Positions 1-13,574 of a stretch of DNA of 64,000 nucleotides are shown here, one piece after another (the first letter of the stretch is position 1; each line of letters begins with the position of its first letter). Source of the stretch: Antedon mediterranea. Taxonomy: Eukaryota > Animalia > Echinodermata. Under the pieces are notes generated by a model. That model was not told where the DNA came from. It worked only from the letters and a program-made list of their open reading frames with translations, and searched no databases. A program made the translations under genes and the position numbers. Where the stretch lies: NCBI RefSeq assembly GCF_964355755.1, contig NC_092677.1, forward strand, positions 3,742,101-3,806,100, in the 5' to 3' direction.

Positions 1-429
1 TGTATAACATACTAGTTAATATTTTTGCCTAGAAATTTGAAACAAATATAATTAATAGAGGCGTATAACCTACAAATATCATTTTTATTCACGCAAATTA
101 TTTAAAATATTTTACAGTGGGACCTCTCCTTTGGAACAGTGTGAATGACGTTTAAGAATATTATTACCAGTTTTTATTTTTTATTATAGTGGCACTGCAA
201 TACAGTGCGAATGGGGTTTTCAGACACTATTATGTTTAAATTTAAAATAGTGCTGGAAAATTTATCCAGTGTGAATGGGGATTAAAGTAATATTATGTTT
301 AAAATGATAATGCTGCAATACAGCCAGTGTGAATAGGGCTAGCATGAGTGTAAACATTATGTGTAACAGTATTATAGTGCTGCAATATAAACTGTACAGG
401 GTGAATGAGCCTTGAATATACTTTAAACA

Positions 430-747
430 TTACTATCACATCATCTAACAATTATCACATCATCTAACATTAATCACACCATCTAACATTATTAACAGCA
501 TCTAACATTCTAACATTAATCACACCATCTAACATTAAGCATATCATTTAACATTCTAACATTAATCACATCATCTAACATTAAGCATATCATTTAACAT
601 TATAACATTAATCACATCATCTAACATTAAGCATATCATTTAACATTCTAACATTAATCACATCATCTAACATTAAGCATATCATCTAACATTCTAACAT
701 TAATCACATCATCTAACATTATTCACATCATCTAACATTCTAACAAC
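430..747. repeat. Minisatellite with 19-bp TAACATTAA(T/G)CA(C/T)ATCATC subunits in a ~46-bp higher-order unit
   Basis: Tandem TAACATT-containing subunits (19+19+8 nt); units start at 511 and 557. Confidence 0.85.
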
Positions 748-1027
748 CAGGGAGTTGTAAAATAAAATGTTACAGCTCCCTGCATTAACAATCACCACAT
801 AAAACTCTCTGGTATCTTGTGTTTATTATGCAATAGTGACTGTGATACATCATCTATTTTTATAGGGAATATCTTGTGTGTTAAAAGTTTAGACTTTGTC
901 ACTAGAACAATAAACACCTATCTCCATATACGGACACCCATATTCAAATATAGGGTTAGGGTAATACAGTAGAACACTCTACTTTGAAACACCCCATAAA
1001 GGGGACACTTTCGAAAATATATTATAG

Positions 1028-1217
1028 TGCAGCTGAGCTAGTTGGTTAACATGCTTGCCTTCCAATCCTAAGGTCTGGGGGTTCAATCCTGACCTAGTGC
1101 CATGGTTGTAACTCGCGACTCTTTTCAACTCCACTCCCTAAGCCTCAAATGAGACTTGGTTTAAAAGCATGATAAATAAAAAATAGTTTAGCCATCCTGT
1201 AGTAAATGGCGAGTTAC
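1028..1217 (+). mobile_element. tRNA-derived SINE (tRNA-Gly-like head); its 3' part is tandemly duplicated at 1288-1446
   Basis: A-box-like GAGCTAGTTGG, GCCTTCCAA anticodon-like loop, B-box GGTTCAATCC, then TGCCA. The 3' tail motif (aaatgagactt...aaatagttta.ccatcctgta...ggcgagttac) recurs near 30452-30520. Confidence 0.65.
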
Positions 1218-1485
1218 AAAAAATCTAAAACAATTTTTTGAATTTATTTATTTCAGATATTGTCCATTCTACAAAACGGTTGGAATGATGCTTGCCTTCC
1301 AATCCTAAGGTCTGGGGGTTCAATCCTGACCTAGTGCCAGGGTTGTAACTCGCGACTCTCCACTCCCTAAGCCTCAAATGAGACTTGGTTTAAAAGCATG
1401 ATAAATAAAAAATAGTTTAGCCATCCTATAGTAAATGGCGAGTTACAAAAAATCTAAAACAATTTTTTTAATTTATTTATTTCAG

Positions 1486-1657
1486 ATATTGTCCATTCTA
1501 CAAAACGGTTGGAATGATGCAAAACATAATCTCCTTTTACGATTTAGCAAGACGCGCTGTCGAGTCAACGGCTCAGAGCGAAAACAAAATCACATGGGCG
1601 ATTATAAGAGACAGTATGTCCGATATTATGTATCAACTAAGTAGTATGAAATTTAAG
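1486..1657 (+). CDS. ATP6V1A: V-type proton ATPase catalytic subunit A, penultimate coding exon
   Basis: tttcag acceptor ends 1485 and gtaagt donor starts 1658. The 172-nt exon translates to [57 protein letters not shown], recognisable as the metazoan V-ATPase A C-terminal region. Confidence 0.96.
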
Positions 1658-3114
1658 GTAAGTAAATTGTTATTTATTTAAAATACCTCTTTGGCCATTG
1701 GTCAAATAGGTATTCCTAAAGTACATATATTACTGTGGAAATACCTCCTTGACCATTGGTCAAAGATGTATGTAAAGTATTCCTAACATATACTAGTATC
1801 ACTGGAAATACCTACTACTATAGTATATTTGGCTAATAGTCAAAAAGGTATTCCTAAAGTGCATACTTCTAATAAATTGAAAATTGACTTGTGTACAATT
1901 AGTGAATATTATTGGGACACTTTTATTAATGATTCAACAGAATTTAAGCATCACTATACTAGACGACATGTATAACTTGTACCAAGATAAATCAATTTTT
2001 GACAAAGTAAAAATTTTTAAATAAAGCTATGTCACATAGGACTGAAATATTGAAAAAGATTTCTACCCCTTAATATGATTTTTTTTTCTCTCTCTTTTTT
2101 ACTGCTGTTAATAAGTCAGTAGAATTTTTGCTGCTTGATATTATGTAATTGTGAACCATTATTAACTTTTTGTACCTGTATATATATATTAATTGTAATA
2201 ACTGTATGACTTTATTTTGTAAACATTTTGTATGGGTCGAACCTCCTGTTACAAGAGTGTTCCTCCGTTTTAAAGGAGAGTAACCAATAAATATTATTAT
2301 TATTACTACCATCACTGTGAAAATGATAGCGATTAAAAAATGTGTCAGTTTTCTTGAACCCTGTAATGCACTATCACAGTGCATCAATATTATACATTTC
2401 AAAACCTAATTTTCATTTCATAAACACACGTATAGACAAAAATTAACACCTTTTTCTTCCATTAGCAATTAAAATGTTGAAATGGTAGATTTAAATAATG
2501 GTGTTATATATCTGCATCACAAATAAATTCATGAGGGACAAAATAAAGTAGTTTTTCTGTAATTATTACATCATGCAATGTATAATTAATAATATCTGAT
2601 CACTGCAGTGTTACATACAAGCTTTTAAATGTATTAATTTAAAATTTATTTCTCTGATGATAATAACAGGTTTGATTTATGTATACAATTTCCTCATTTG
2701 TTTCCATTATGTTAGATTGAAATTTAAATCCTTTATTGCATTCAATTTTGTTTTAATAATAATACTGTAATAGTAGCAACAGTTTTTTTTTTACAAATTT
2801 AAAATTTTTTCTCCTGAAAAAAAATAATTTTTTTTAAATTTTTGTTGAATATGCCATTTTAATGTCACATAATAGTTATTCACTTTGACCACAAATTGGA
2901 TCGAAAAAAATAATTATTTTCCTGAAAAACTGTAATTTAAAGTAAAAAAAAATACTGTAGTCAAATTGGCTTCCAGCCAATGGGTTTTTGGTTGAATTTA
3001 TCTGTTTATTTTGTTATTTTATAACATACATATGTTTGTTCAGGTTTTTTTATGCAAGTGATTAACTTTGTTATTAGTACAAAATGGCCTATTCAAATCT
3101 GATTTGTACTGTAG

Positions 3115-3450
3115 TTAATGCAGTAACTGCAGTAGAATGATTTTGATATGATCCCAAGTTTTTGTGTATACTTTATGATATAAAACCATGAACCTAATTT
3201 ATAGGTCCATGGTAAAATTAAAGGGCCATACTGTAAACAAACAAAATTATTTAATCTATTAAATATGTAAATTTATTACAGTAAAAAAGTGTAGGTACTG
3301 CAGTAACTGCAATAGAATGATTTTGACATGATCCCAAATGTTTGTATACTTTATGATGATGTCAAATCATGAACCTAATGTATTGGTCCATTGTCAAATT
3401 AAAGGCCCATAAACAAAAAATTATTTAATAGATTAAATATGTAAATTTTT
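3115..3450. repeat. ~177-bp tandem duplication carrying the recurrent (T)ACTGCAGTAACTGCAGTAG motif
   Basis: Two similar units start near 3119 and 3298. The same motif recurs near 5562, 5728, 20642, 45907 and 62777 as a dispersed repeat family. Confidence 0.65.
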
Positions 3451-3893
3451 TTGAGCGAATTAAATACATATGATTTGTCACGTACAAATTCAAGACCCGC
3501 ATCAGGCTGTCTTTGTTATTGCAAAATTCATTATATCCTTAATTCGATTTCATCAAATACAGTAAAAATTAATAAAATTTAACAGTACAAACATTTGAAT
3601 ATTTTCCATTTTTTTTTAGTTTAAGTTAAATAAGGAATTTAAAATGAATTATTCTTCTGAATCCATCTGAAGCATAGACATATTAATAATGTTTATATAT
3701 AATATTCACAATTTAGCATAGTTTCATCTTTGTGCATTAGCAATAATTTGTGAGATTGGCTTGAATGATAATATCACTGCACAAATATTGTTTATATTAT
3801 ACTCATATCTAATACTACATTCATATGTGATCCTCTTCTACTGTAGAGCTAGAGTCAAAAACCTATTCAGCAATAAATAGCCAATTAAGTTAA

Positions 3894-4241
3894 AGTATTG
3901 TCCCCCAAAAAACATGAAAAATAAAGATTATGAAATCAGACTTTGAATACAGTACGGTAGGCCATTTTGTAGTTTTAACAAAGTTAATCATTTCTGTAGA
4001 AAAAAAAACCTGAAAAAATAATGTTTTCAGTTATAAAATGACAAAATAAACGATTAAATTCAACCAAAAACCCGTTGGCTGGCTGCCAATTTGAATATGT
4101 TTTGCTTTAAATTTTTCAGGTAAATAATGTTTGTTCAGATGCAATTTTTGGTCAAAGTGGATAACTATTATATGACATTAAAATGGCATATTCAACAAAA
4201 AAATGTAAAAAAAATTATTTTTTCAAGGGGACAATATATCT
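3894..4241 (+). mobile_element. Kolobok-like non-autonomous DNA transposon (~350-bp family)
   Basis: TIR ag..tattgtcccc / ggggacaatatatct flanked by TTAA. Other copies lie near 2810-3090, 6013-6347, 21299-21639, 26000-26130, 30873-31185, 31788-32050, 39662-40007 and 50905-51100. Confidence 0.75.
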
Positions 4242-4301
4242 TTAAGGTGTTCATTAAGATTTTTTTGGGATTGTGTAATGGATTTGGCTTGCCTGATCTA
4301 A

Positions 4302-5065
4302 AGGCCTTTTCACACAGAACTTCGGCAATATTGCGGTAAGCAAGCCGGCGTTATTGCCGGTCTAAACCCATTCACACAGAAGGTAATATTGCGCGCACAT
4401 CATGTTTGCTGATGTTGTTTTGTGTGTCCGTCGTTTAGTTTTATTGATTTTTATTTACGATGCATAAAACCTATATTTTTGCCCAACACCACTCCGTGCT
4501 AATAACTGCCCGATCGTGATGGCCATTCTACAGAAACAAAATCTATTAGGCCTACAAATAGACGCGAATTTAATTATCAGAAGCTGTTATGAGCTAGCAC
4601 CGGGAGTGCGCACCGGAGGATGTTCCTGCTAGAACTATGCTAACTAGGGCCTAGGCTTACGTACGTTACAGCAAGTTAAATAATCTTTGGACCAACATCT
4701 GTTATATTTTTATTATTATTGGCCGTATTCTTCCATTGTATTATTTACAAACTAACCTAAAAATATATGTATATATGGATATAATCTAATAATTTGGTAA
4801 TGGTAAGTAATTGCCACAGTCTTTCTCAATCAAGGAAAATGTCCCGAATTTATCCTTGCTTCACTGCGTAAGCAGGCGTTATATCGTGGACTCTTTTCAC
4901 ACACATCAGGCTTACGACCGTGACGGTAATATTACCGCAATTTTACTAGGTCCAGAGGCGGTCTAACGGAAGCCGGCATTAAGGGGTTTTTACCCTTTCA
5001 CACATAAGCCGGCGTTCGCGAATTACCGCAATATTACCGTCTTACAGCTCTGTGTGAAAGGGGCT
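4302..5065. mobile_element. PIF/Harbinger-like MITE
   Basis: TIRs aggccttttcacacagaact / agctctgtgtgaaaggggct, with TAA on both flanks (4299-4301, 5066-5068). Confidence 0.8.
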
Positions 5066-7254
5066 TAAGTCTGTGTTTATACAACACACTAAATTTGAAC
5101 ACGTCTTTAATATGCGTGTAATAGCGTGCCCTAATAGAGATTTAATCCATGGATCACGATACCCACTGTCTTTTGTAATTGATGCACTGTAATTCAATAG
5201 ACCATCTTGTTGGGACAGCAAACAGCATCTTTTTTGTAACTAATGTAATTCTGATAATATACATGAACTGATATACTTACTGTATATACAACCTTCCAAA
5301 GGAATACCAAAACCTACAGGATATAAAATGTTTAATCAAAATATGAAGGTCATGTCAACATTGCTCTACTCTAGTCACTTAGTTTGTCTGAGATTTATTG
5401 GTCCTTTCAAAAATCCATTGCTCAAACAAACAAATGAATTGCAGTATAAATATATAAAAAAATATAGAACATGACACTACAAATATACAAGGTACACCTC
5501 ATGATAGACTTGCAAAGTAACAACCAACAGTCGCTGAAATAAACAGTGTGTATGAAAATGTAGTTACTGCAGTAACTGCAGTAGAATCATTTTGGCATAA
5601 TCCCAACACTGTCTTATTAAACCTCTAAATTTAACATAGATGCCGTAACTTTAAAAATGGTCTTTTTTCCAATCTAAAATTTAAATTATTAGGGACCAAC
5701 CAAACAGGTCAAACTATTATAATAAAGTTACTGCAGTAACTGCCTCGTGAACTTATTATACTTTTACAAATATTTTGTTAAAATTAGAATTTGTGTGTGG
5801 AGGTGATAGAAAAGCATATGTTTTACTATACTGACTGTATATACATACTTTTTATTAAGGAGACTATTGGATGCTATGTATATACATATAGGAGACTGTT
5901 ATACTGACTGTTATACTGACTGTTATACTGACTGTTATACTGACTGTTATACTGGTCTTGTTTGTATTCATCTTTGGTGATGCAATAATAGAAGCTTTAA
6001 TTTAAATCATTAAAGAGGTATTGTCCCCAAAAAAATGAAAGCTAAAGATTAGATTTTGAATAGGCCATTTGTAGTTTTAATAAAGTTAATCACTTCCGCA
6101 GCAAAAAAAATTTAAACAAATTTTCTTCACTTTATAAAAAGACAAAAAAAAACGGTTAAATTCAACCAAAAACCCATTGGTTGGCAACCAATTTGACATT
6201 TTTTTGGTTTAAATTACAGTTTTTTAGGGTAAAATTTTTTTTTTTTCGATATTATTTTTTGTCAAGGTGAATAACTATTATGCAACATCAAAATGGCTTA
6301 TTCAACAACAAATTTAAACAAATATTTTTTTCAGGTGGACAATATCTTTAAACCAAATTTGAAATTTGAAAAAAACAAAAAAACAAAAAAACGTGGAAAA
6401 AAAAAATGTTTCAGGAGGACAATTTATCTTTAATGTATTTGAACATTTTATCTATCCTATATAAAATTCAACTAACCTCATAGAAGTATTTCAAGTATTT
6501 GTTGCGGTCCATTTACTGTTTGATGGAATAGTTATGTTCTAACATGTCTGTGACAATGTAAGAACGACGCTGAAGAAGCTTTCTCCTGAGTATTTAAGAA
6601 AATCCTTAAATGGTATTAACATTATGTCTCATTTAATTGATAGACTACACCGTGCTTTTAGAGGTGAAAGGGCTGCACTTTCAGAAATGCTTCCTCTTTT
6701 TGACCGCTAAAATGAAATTATGAACTACTTTCTGATCTATTCTGTTTTTTGACAAATTATTAAAATATTATTTGTTGGCGCTCCCCCATTTTGACTATTT
6801 TCCCTGACTTTATGGCTGTTTACTTCATTCATTCATAAACTTAATTATTTATTTCTGTCTTTTACATGACAAATATTTAATTTATCACAGTACTGATTTC
6901 AAAAGTAAAGTGGATCACAGATATACTGTAAATACCTTTTACATAAAAAATATACAAAAACACACACAAAATTAAACAAATATTTAACAATAAAAATGTT
7001 GCAATAAAAGGCAAACGAAAAATGTGTTGTATAAATTCCAATCTCACACAAATCTGAATTTGTGTATACAGTACTCTCTGAAAACCGGAATCTCCCAAAC
7101 CAGATTTTTCTTGAACTAAAATTCATTTTTTCCATTAAGAATGCATTCAGAATATCAGAATTTCTGGAAAAAGCAGACATATCAGGCCATTTCGAAGATG
7201 TCTGGTATTGGGAGAGTTGACTCGGTATTTTGATAAAATTTTTTTCTCTTACAG

Positions 7255-7347
7255 GATCCAGTAAAAGATGGTGAGGCAAAGATTAAAGCAGATTTCGACA
7301 AACTACTAGATAACATGCAGCAGGGATTTAGGAACCTTGAAGATTAA
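7255..7347 (+). CDS. ATP6V1A: V-type proton ATPase catalytic subunit A, last coding exon
   Basis: Polypyrimidine tract plus ttacag acceptor. Translates to [30 protein letters not shown], in phase 0 with the previous exon and matching the known V-ATPase A C-terminus. Candidate AATAAA near 8063. Confidence 0.96.
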   Translation, partial: DPVKDGEAKIKADFDKLLDNMQQGFRNLED

Positions 7348-9784
7348 ACAAATTAAATCAAATCTATTACTGCAGTAGTTGCATAAATGAATGATACTGT
7401 GAGGTATCAATATGTGGTGTAAAAATGTCTATATGGAGGCAATAATATTTGTGAACAACTTACGGCGATTTAGTTAATCCGTTTTTAGGTTTAAGTGTAT
7501 CAATGGGATTAAGATAATCCCTGTACTGTGTATTAGTGGTGTTAATCCTTGGATTAATGTAATACGGCATGAAGGGTTTTGTTCAGGCTGATGTCGGTAT
7601 GATGGTGCGGCTATAGTGATTCACAATTACTAAAACTGACTAGGTATCTACCGTTTTAAAAAATGTTCAAAACACAACATTGCTCGGAAAATTTAATATT
7701 ATTGAGAAAAATTGTAAAAACTGAAAACATATATTTCGCAAAATTATGCAATACAGTAGTAGTCCCTTCGTTAAATACAAATTTTGAACCAGGGTTTAAA
7801 ACCACAAATTGTTGCATCATATTAGGTTTGTGTGTACCATATTGAAGTATTGGTGTTTATTTGAATGGTCTTTGATTAGAGGTTATATACTACAGATAGT
7901 GTTTGAAGAGTGTAATATGTTAACGTAGGGAAAATAATTATTATGGTTATATATACAGGATAATTAATGTTGTCATTATTGTAGAAGTCTTTAAATTGTA
8001 TATCGATTCCAAAATGCATACATATAGGATTATTTTGTACTGTGATACTACAATATTGTTAGAATAAATAAATTATATTTATATATGTGTATTTAAATAT
8101 CATATACAGTACGATTACCAACCAAAAGAATTTTGTTTCTATATTATCTCTATCAACAATACTAATTTGCTAACTCAAATATGTACACAGGCTCTGTGTC
8201 TAAAGCTCTGTCTACACTATCAAACTTTATGCGACAACAAAAATGCGATGTGCCCATATATGGACGCAATGACGTCATATCACTACCATATTTAAGAACA
8301 TCGCACTTTTTGTGTCAAACTAGTTTGATAATGTAGACAGATAATAATTAGTTATTAATTTACAGTATTGAATCGTCAATCCAAAGTCAATATAATGGCT
8401 ATTATAATTGAATTTATTATTTTTGCAACATATGCTCAAATATTTGTAATAGTGTTATATAGTTATTATAAAATGCTTAGTTTTGAATCACCATAATTAT
8501 TGATATATATACTGGTACATATTCAGTATTGTTTCATGTTGAAAATCATTCCTAGTTTAGCCGATTCTTTGTACTGTATGTATATTTTCCCCAGTATCAT
8601 AGGCACATTCTGTAGTACAGTGTCACATATGTATCACATGTGTATCATAGGCCACCTTAATACAGGCATGTATCACATGTGATACTGTATTACAGAATTT
8701 ACCAGTGATACTGGTCAAATTATGCCATATGTGGAGATACAGTACAGGAATCAGGTACATGAGTCCTTTTTCATGTTTGTTTATAAATTCTAAAATTAGA
8801 TTTACTACTGTAATATTGGAATTAGTTATTTTAAAATGGTTGAAAAATTGAAAAAAATATATATATCTTTGGGAAATCTTATTCATATTCGCTCTCACGC
8901 ACTGGAGTGGAAGCGCATGCGTGCTGTCCAATCGACGTTGCGATAGCGCCCTTGACTACGCTGTTTAATTTTTGGTTGAAAACGTCGTCAAACCTTTGAC
9001 ATGATTTTTTTCTTTTATTCACAGTGCTGATGTTTTCAGTAAATTTATTTATAATTTGGCAACATTTTATTTATCAAAACTAATAAATTAAAATCTCAAC
9101 AATAATTAAGTTTATAATTATTTTTGTTGGTATTGTTGCATGTTTAGCTATAACTTGTTGAACTCATTATTCCTTGCCAGGTTACTCATGTTTTTGTAAT
9201 TCATTCATTCATGTAATTGCCAGTGTGGTTGCTTAAGAAGGAATATCATCAGGGACTTTCGGAGTTGAAGAAGAAAGAATATTGGAAGAGATGAAGATGT
9301 TAGGAAGAACAGAGAATACGCAGTGTTGGGGAGGAGTTATACGATAAAGTAAGAGATACCGGATCGGGAAAGAAGGGAATCATATTATAAGCAACAGATA
9401 CAAGGGTGTTAGCAAGAGAACCGAGAATACACAGTTCAAGAGAGGTGTTATACGATGACGTGAGAGAGATAATGATGAGATCATGGACTAGGTAGAATGA
9501 AAGATTATTGCAAGGGAGAACAGAGACGTAGTAGGCCTACCAGGGAAGATACGATGACGTAGTACTGTACCAGGGAGGATCCGGTGACGCAGTACTGTAC
9601 CAGGGAGGATGACGTAGTACTGTACCAGGGAGGATACGATGACGTAATGGAAATCAGGCAAGCAACAGAGAAACGTGTGCTAATATAAGCGATAGCATGC
9701 TGTCTGGAATGGTGAAAACCCGTTGAACGATCAACAAAAGAAAGAAGACGTTTATTATGAGAAAAAGATTGTATTGAGTATAAA

Positions 9785-10046
9785 ACAAGAATATTTCTTA
9801 CAAAAAACGCTGCTCGCTTATTGCATAGAGATATTGTTGTTGCTAAGGTCAAGTCTGGGGGTCACTTCATTACGCCTAGATACTTCAAGTATCCGATTAC
9901 AAACAAAAACTTCAATGGACTGTTTTGATAATAATTCAATGAATAATATCTGACAGTGAATTATAGTAATATCATGGGACTCATAAATACCAGAAATGCT
10001 TTGGGATTTGTCATTAGACTCTTTTCCCAGCCGTTTTTTGGATTCA
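9785..10046. repeat. Dispersed repeat; inverted homolog at ~25705-25915 plus 26130-26170
   Basis: ctaaggtcaagtctggggtcacttcat...tctgacagtgaat...agactcttttcccag matches the reverse complement of the 25.7-25.9 kb region. Confidence 0.75.
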
Positions 10047-10211
10047 ACAGGTGGTACCTATAAATTATAGTCAAGTTTCCATTTTAACAAAAATGTCAAA
10101 GTGTAGTACTATACTGCTGTTTGATTTCATGTAATGAATGAGTCATCTCGTGTGACGTAGTGGGCTAGAGCAGCAGCGTGAAAATAGAAATAGGCCTATG
10201 GAACCTGTGTG

Positions 10212-10575
10212 AAACTTGTTGAACGAATAACGTATTTACGTCGTTTTTTTTTCTCGACGCACAGTTCATTTTTAGGGCTTCCGCGAGAGCCCACCTGCTC
10301 CGACGAACTCGGATTTTATTCGCTTCACTTTTGTATCAAGTTGATGGTGCACTCGGATACCATTACACATAGTACAAAAAATAGACATGACGAAAACTTG
10401 TTGAACGGATAACGTATTTACTCGTTTCTTTTTTTCTCGACGCATAGTTGTTAGGGCCTCCGGTTGAGCCCACCTGCTCCAACAAATTCAGATTTGTTTT
10501 TCTTCGCTTCACTTTTTGTAGTTAATGGTGCACTTAAATACTATACCATTGATATGCAGTACGAAAGGGAGACGT
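10212..10575. repeat. ~183-bp diverged tandem duplication
   Basis: aaacttgttgaacg.ataacgtatttac...gagcccacctgctcc...atggtgcact occurs twice (10212 and 10395). Confidence 0.8.
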
Positions 10576-11529
10576 CACCAGGGAAGAGTAAAATGCCACT
10601 CTTCCCTGACGTCACGAACCAACGTCACGCCGTTAAGTTGTAACGTGTCGTAACAATTTATTCTTAGTGCTGCCTACGGTCGTTAATCATTTCGTCGTTG
10701 ATAGAATCGTGACGATTTCAACATGTGTACCGGCAAAACAATTTATCTTTTCTATAAATGTTGTTGATAAATGATAGTAGTAAAATAAGGTTTATATAAT
10801 ATTAAACTTGGATTCGTTTATTTTTTCTGTGACTTCTATGGCGCGCCATAGATTTCCCTGCTATCTTCCTTCACTTCGAACACGTACAATATGATTGTCA
10901 TTCCATGGTGTCCCCAAGTCTAATATAACTGAAGGTCGAGAGAACCGTTCTCAACTTAAGGGGAATAAGGTGTTGCGTAAGGGGAGAGTTTGTTAATTTT
11001 GTTACATTATATCGTAGAATTACATCTTTATTATTTGCATAAATCTACATATTTGCTGTAGGCCTGGCTTTAACAATGTGAATGTACTTATGATTTAGGC
11101 CTACGTCAATGATTGATTGAATGAAAGAAAACCTTTTGGGATTTATAGCCAATCCATTCTTTAATTACTTGTATTTTCAGAGGTCAGAATTGTTGATTGG
11201 TACAAATGGTTTTTGGTGAATGCTGTTATAAGACCGTAACGACGGTTAAAGTTAAAACTTTACTGTCGGGAATAGTAATACAAAATTAATCCGAAAGATC
11301 GTTGACTATTTTGCGTGCGCGCATCCCGGGCTGAAATCTTTCCTCAACTGAACATTATAATTATAATAATTCATCATTACATCACAAATTATTAAAGGGA
11401 CACCATCTACGTAACTTAATGTCTCTTTAATATGGATAATTATTCAGGGTGTCCTCTTATTGAGTTGTCCCCTTTAAAAGTGTCGCTTTGATAGGGTTTG
11501 TCCGTAGTATTGCAATATTTATTGTCGTC

Positions 11530-12197
11530 CATGTATTTCCCCTTGTTGGCTGTTTCCCTTTAATAGAGAGGTGTCCACTGAATAGAGGTTTGCCGCAGTG
11601 TATTTCTCCTTGTTCGTGTCACAGTAAACTGTCCACTGAATAGAGGTTTGCCGCAGTGTATTTCCCCTTGTTTGTGTCACAGTAAACTGTCCCTTTAATA
11701 GAGAGGTGTCCACTGAATAGAGGTTTGCCGCAGTATATTTCCCCTTGTTCGTGTCACAGTAAACTGTCCCTTTAATAGAGAGGTGTCCACTGAATAGAGG
11801 TTTGCCGCAGTGTATTTCCCCTTGTTCGTTTCACAGTAAACTGTCCCATTAATAGAGAGGTGTCCACTGAATAGAGGTTTGTCGCAGTGTATTTCCCCTT
11901 GTTCGTGTCACAGTAAACTGTCCCATTAATAGAGAGGTGTCCACTGAATAGAGGTTTGCCGCAGTGTATTTCCCCTTGTTTGTGTCACAGTAAACTGTCC
12001 CTTTAATAGAGAGGTGTCCACTGAATAGAGGTTTGCCGCAGTGTATTTCCCCTTGTTCGTGTCACAGTAAACTGTCCCTTTAATAGAGAGGTGTCCACTG
12101 AATAGAGGTTTGCCGCAGTGTGTTTCCACTTGTTCGTGTCACAGTAAACTGTCCCTTTAATAGAGAGGTGTCCACTGAATAGAGGTTTGCCGCAGGG
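11530..12197. repeat. 77-bp minisatellite, about 8 copies
   Basis: gagaggtgtcc recurs at 11701, 11778, 11855, 11932, 12009, 12086 and 12163. Confidence 0.95.
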
Positions 12198-12200
12198 TAA

Positions 12201-12588
12201 CCCCCCCCCCCCCCATCTTCTCTTTTCCTTCTCCTCCTTCTCCTCCTTCTCCTTCTCCTCCTCCTCCACCTTCCCCTCCTTCTCCTTCTCCTTCTCCTTT
12301 TCCTCCTCCTCCTCCTCCTCCTTCTCCTTCTCCTTCTTCTTCTTCTCCTTCTCCTTCTCCTTCTCCTCCTCATCCTTCTCCTTCTCCTTCTCCTCCTCCT
12401 TATCCTTCTCCTCCTCCTCCTCCTTCTCCTTCTCCTTCTCCTCCTCATCCTTTTCCTCCTCCTTCTCCTTCTCCTCCTTCTCCTTATCCTTATCCTTGTC
12501 CTCCTCCTTCTCCTTCTCCTTATCCTCCTTCTCCTTCTCCTCCTTCTCCTTCTCCTCTTTCTCCTTCTCATTCTCATTCTCCTTCTCC
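12201..12588. repeat. Poly-C run plus ~370-bp (CTCCTT)n/(CCT)n polypyrimidine tract
   Basis: Almost pure C/T on the + strand; it generates the spurious poly-Arg and poly-Ser/Phe ORFs. Confidence 0.97.
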
Positions 12589-13574
12589 TAAGAATGGTTC
12601 GACTTTGGTCTATATGCATTTAGCTCACGTAATGTATTGATATTTGAGATTCGCATTTCAATTGTATTTGTGCTCTAGGGAACATGCATTGCTCGTACAA
12701 CAATGATAACATAAACAGAAATATATATCATGTAAACAGTTCTAATTAAAATATGTTTGAATTATTTAAGAATGTATAGGAATATGAATATACAGAATAT
12801 GCAATATAGTAAACGTACCGTAACGCACTTAAAACACTCGTGTCCAGCGGCACGCGTTGTCACGACTGCAGCTGACAAGCGAGTTATGTGAACGTGTGTT
12901 TATTTCAAAACTTTCGAAAAACGGCTGCTCGCACGAAAGAGCTCCAAATCGGACGATTATTCGGCACCTCTATTTAAACGTCAACTTAAAATTTTTCTTT
13001 TTAATTAATTTTTAAATATTGTTAGGTTCTTTGTAGGGCCCATATAAAAACCTGAATAGAATAGAATTATTTTAACCATCTGAACTCCATTGATTTCTCT
13101 GTGTTACGGAGTTGTATTAGTTTATAATAAAGTCCATCATCCATCCATAAACTCTAGGACTATTTACGACAACCATTAGTAAACGAATTAGAAGATTAAT
13201 GTAAAAGTCAACCTTTAAAACACAACATAATGAACATACAAATGTTTTATTAGCGGCCATACACAGTCATACACAGATTATCATAACTTCAGATTTAGAA
13301 AATATAATTTATCTATACAATACATTTGTGCCATGACAAAACATTGCATGTAAAAAGCGTTTACAAAATAGAATTTATTATAATAAATTACAATATATAA
13401 CATTTATATTGATGTATATTGTGACGTATTTGCATAATCCAATGTATAGTGTGGCTACACATCTAAGCTTGTTTCGTTTTACGGAACGGAAGACGGAAAA
13501 ATTTGTAAATTCTGTTACGTAGCTGTACCGTATAATATATAGTACAGTTTACTCTACAAGCATAACGTTTCTCT

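Noticed and set aside
1028-1102. Functional tRNA-Gly gene
   Set aside because: The stems pair poorly and it continues into a tail repeated elsewhere in the window, so it is better explained as a SINE head. The same applies to the tRNA-like bits at ~46540, ~49750 and ~53900.
1435-1644. 69-aa ORF from the ORF track
   Set aside because: Wrong frame; the real coding frame is the V-ATPase A exon at 1486-1657.
12003-12619. Poly-Arg (protamine-like), poly-Ser/Phe and Glu/Lys ORFs
   Set aside because: These are stop-free frames produced by the CT microsatellite and the 77-bp minisatellite.
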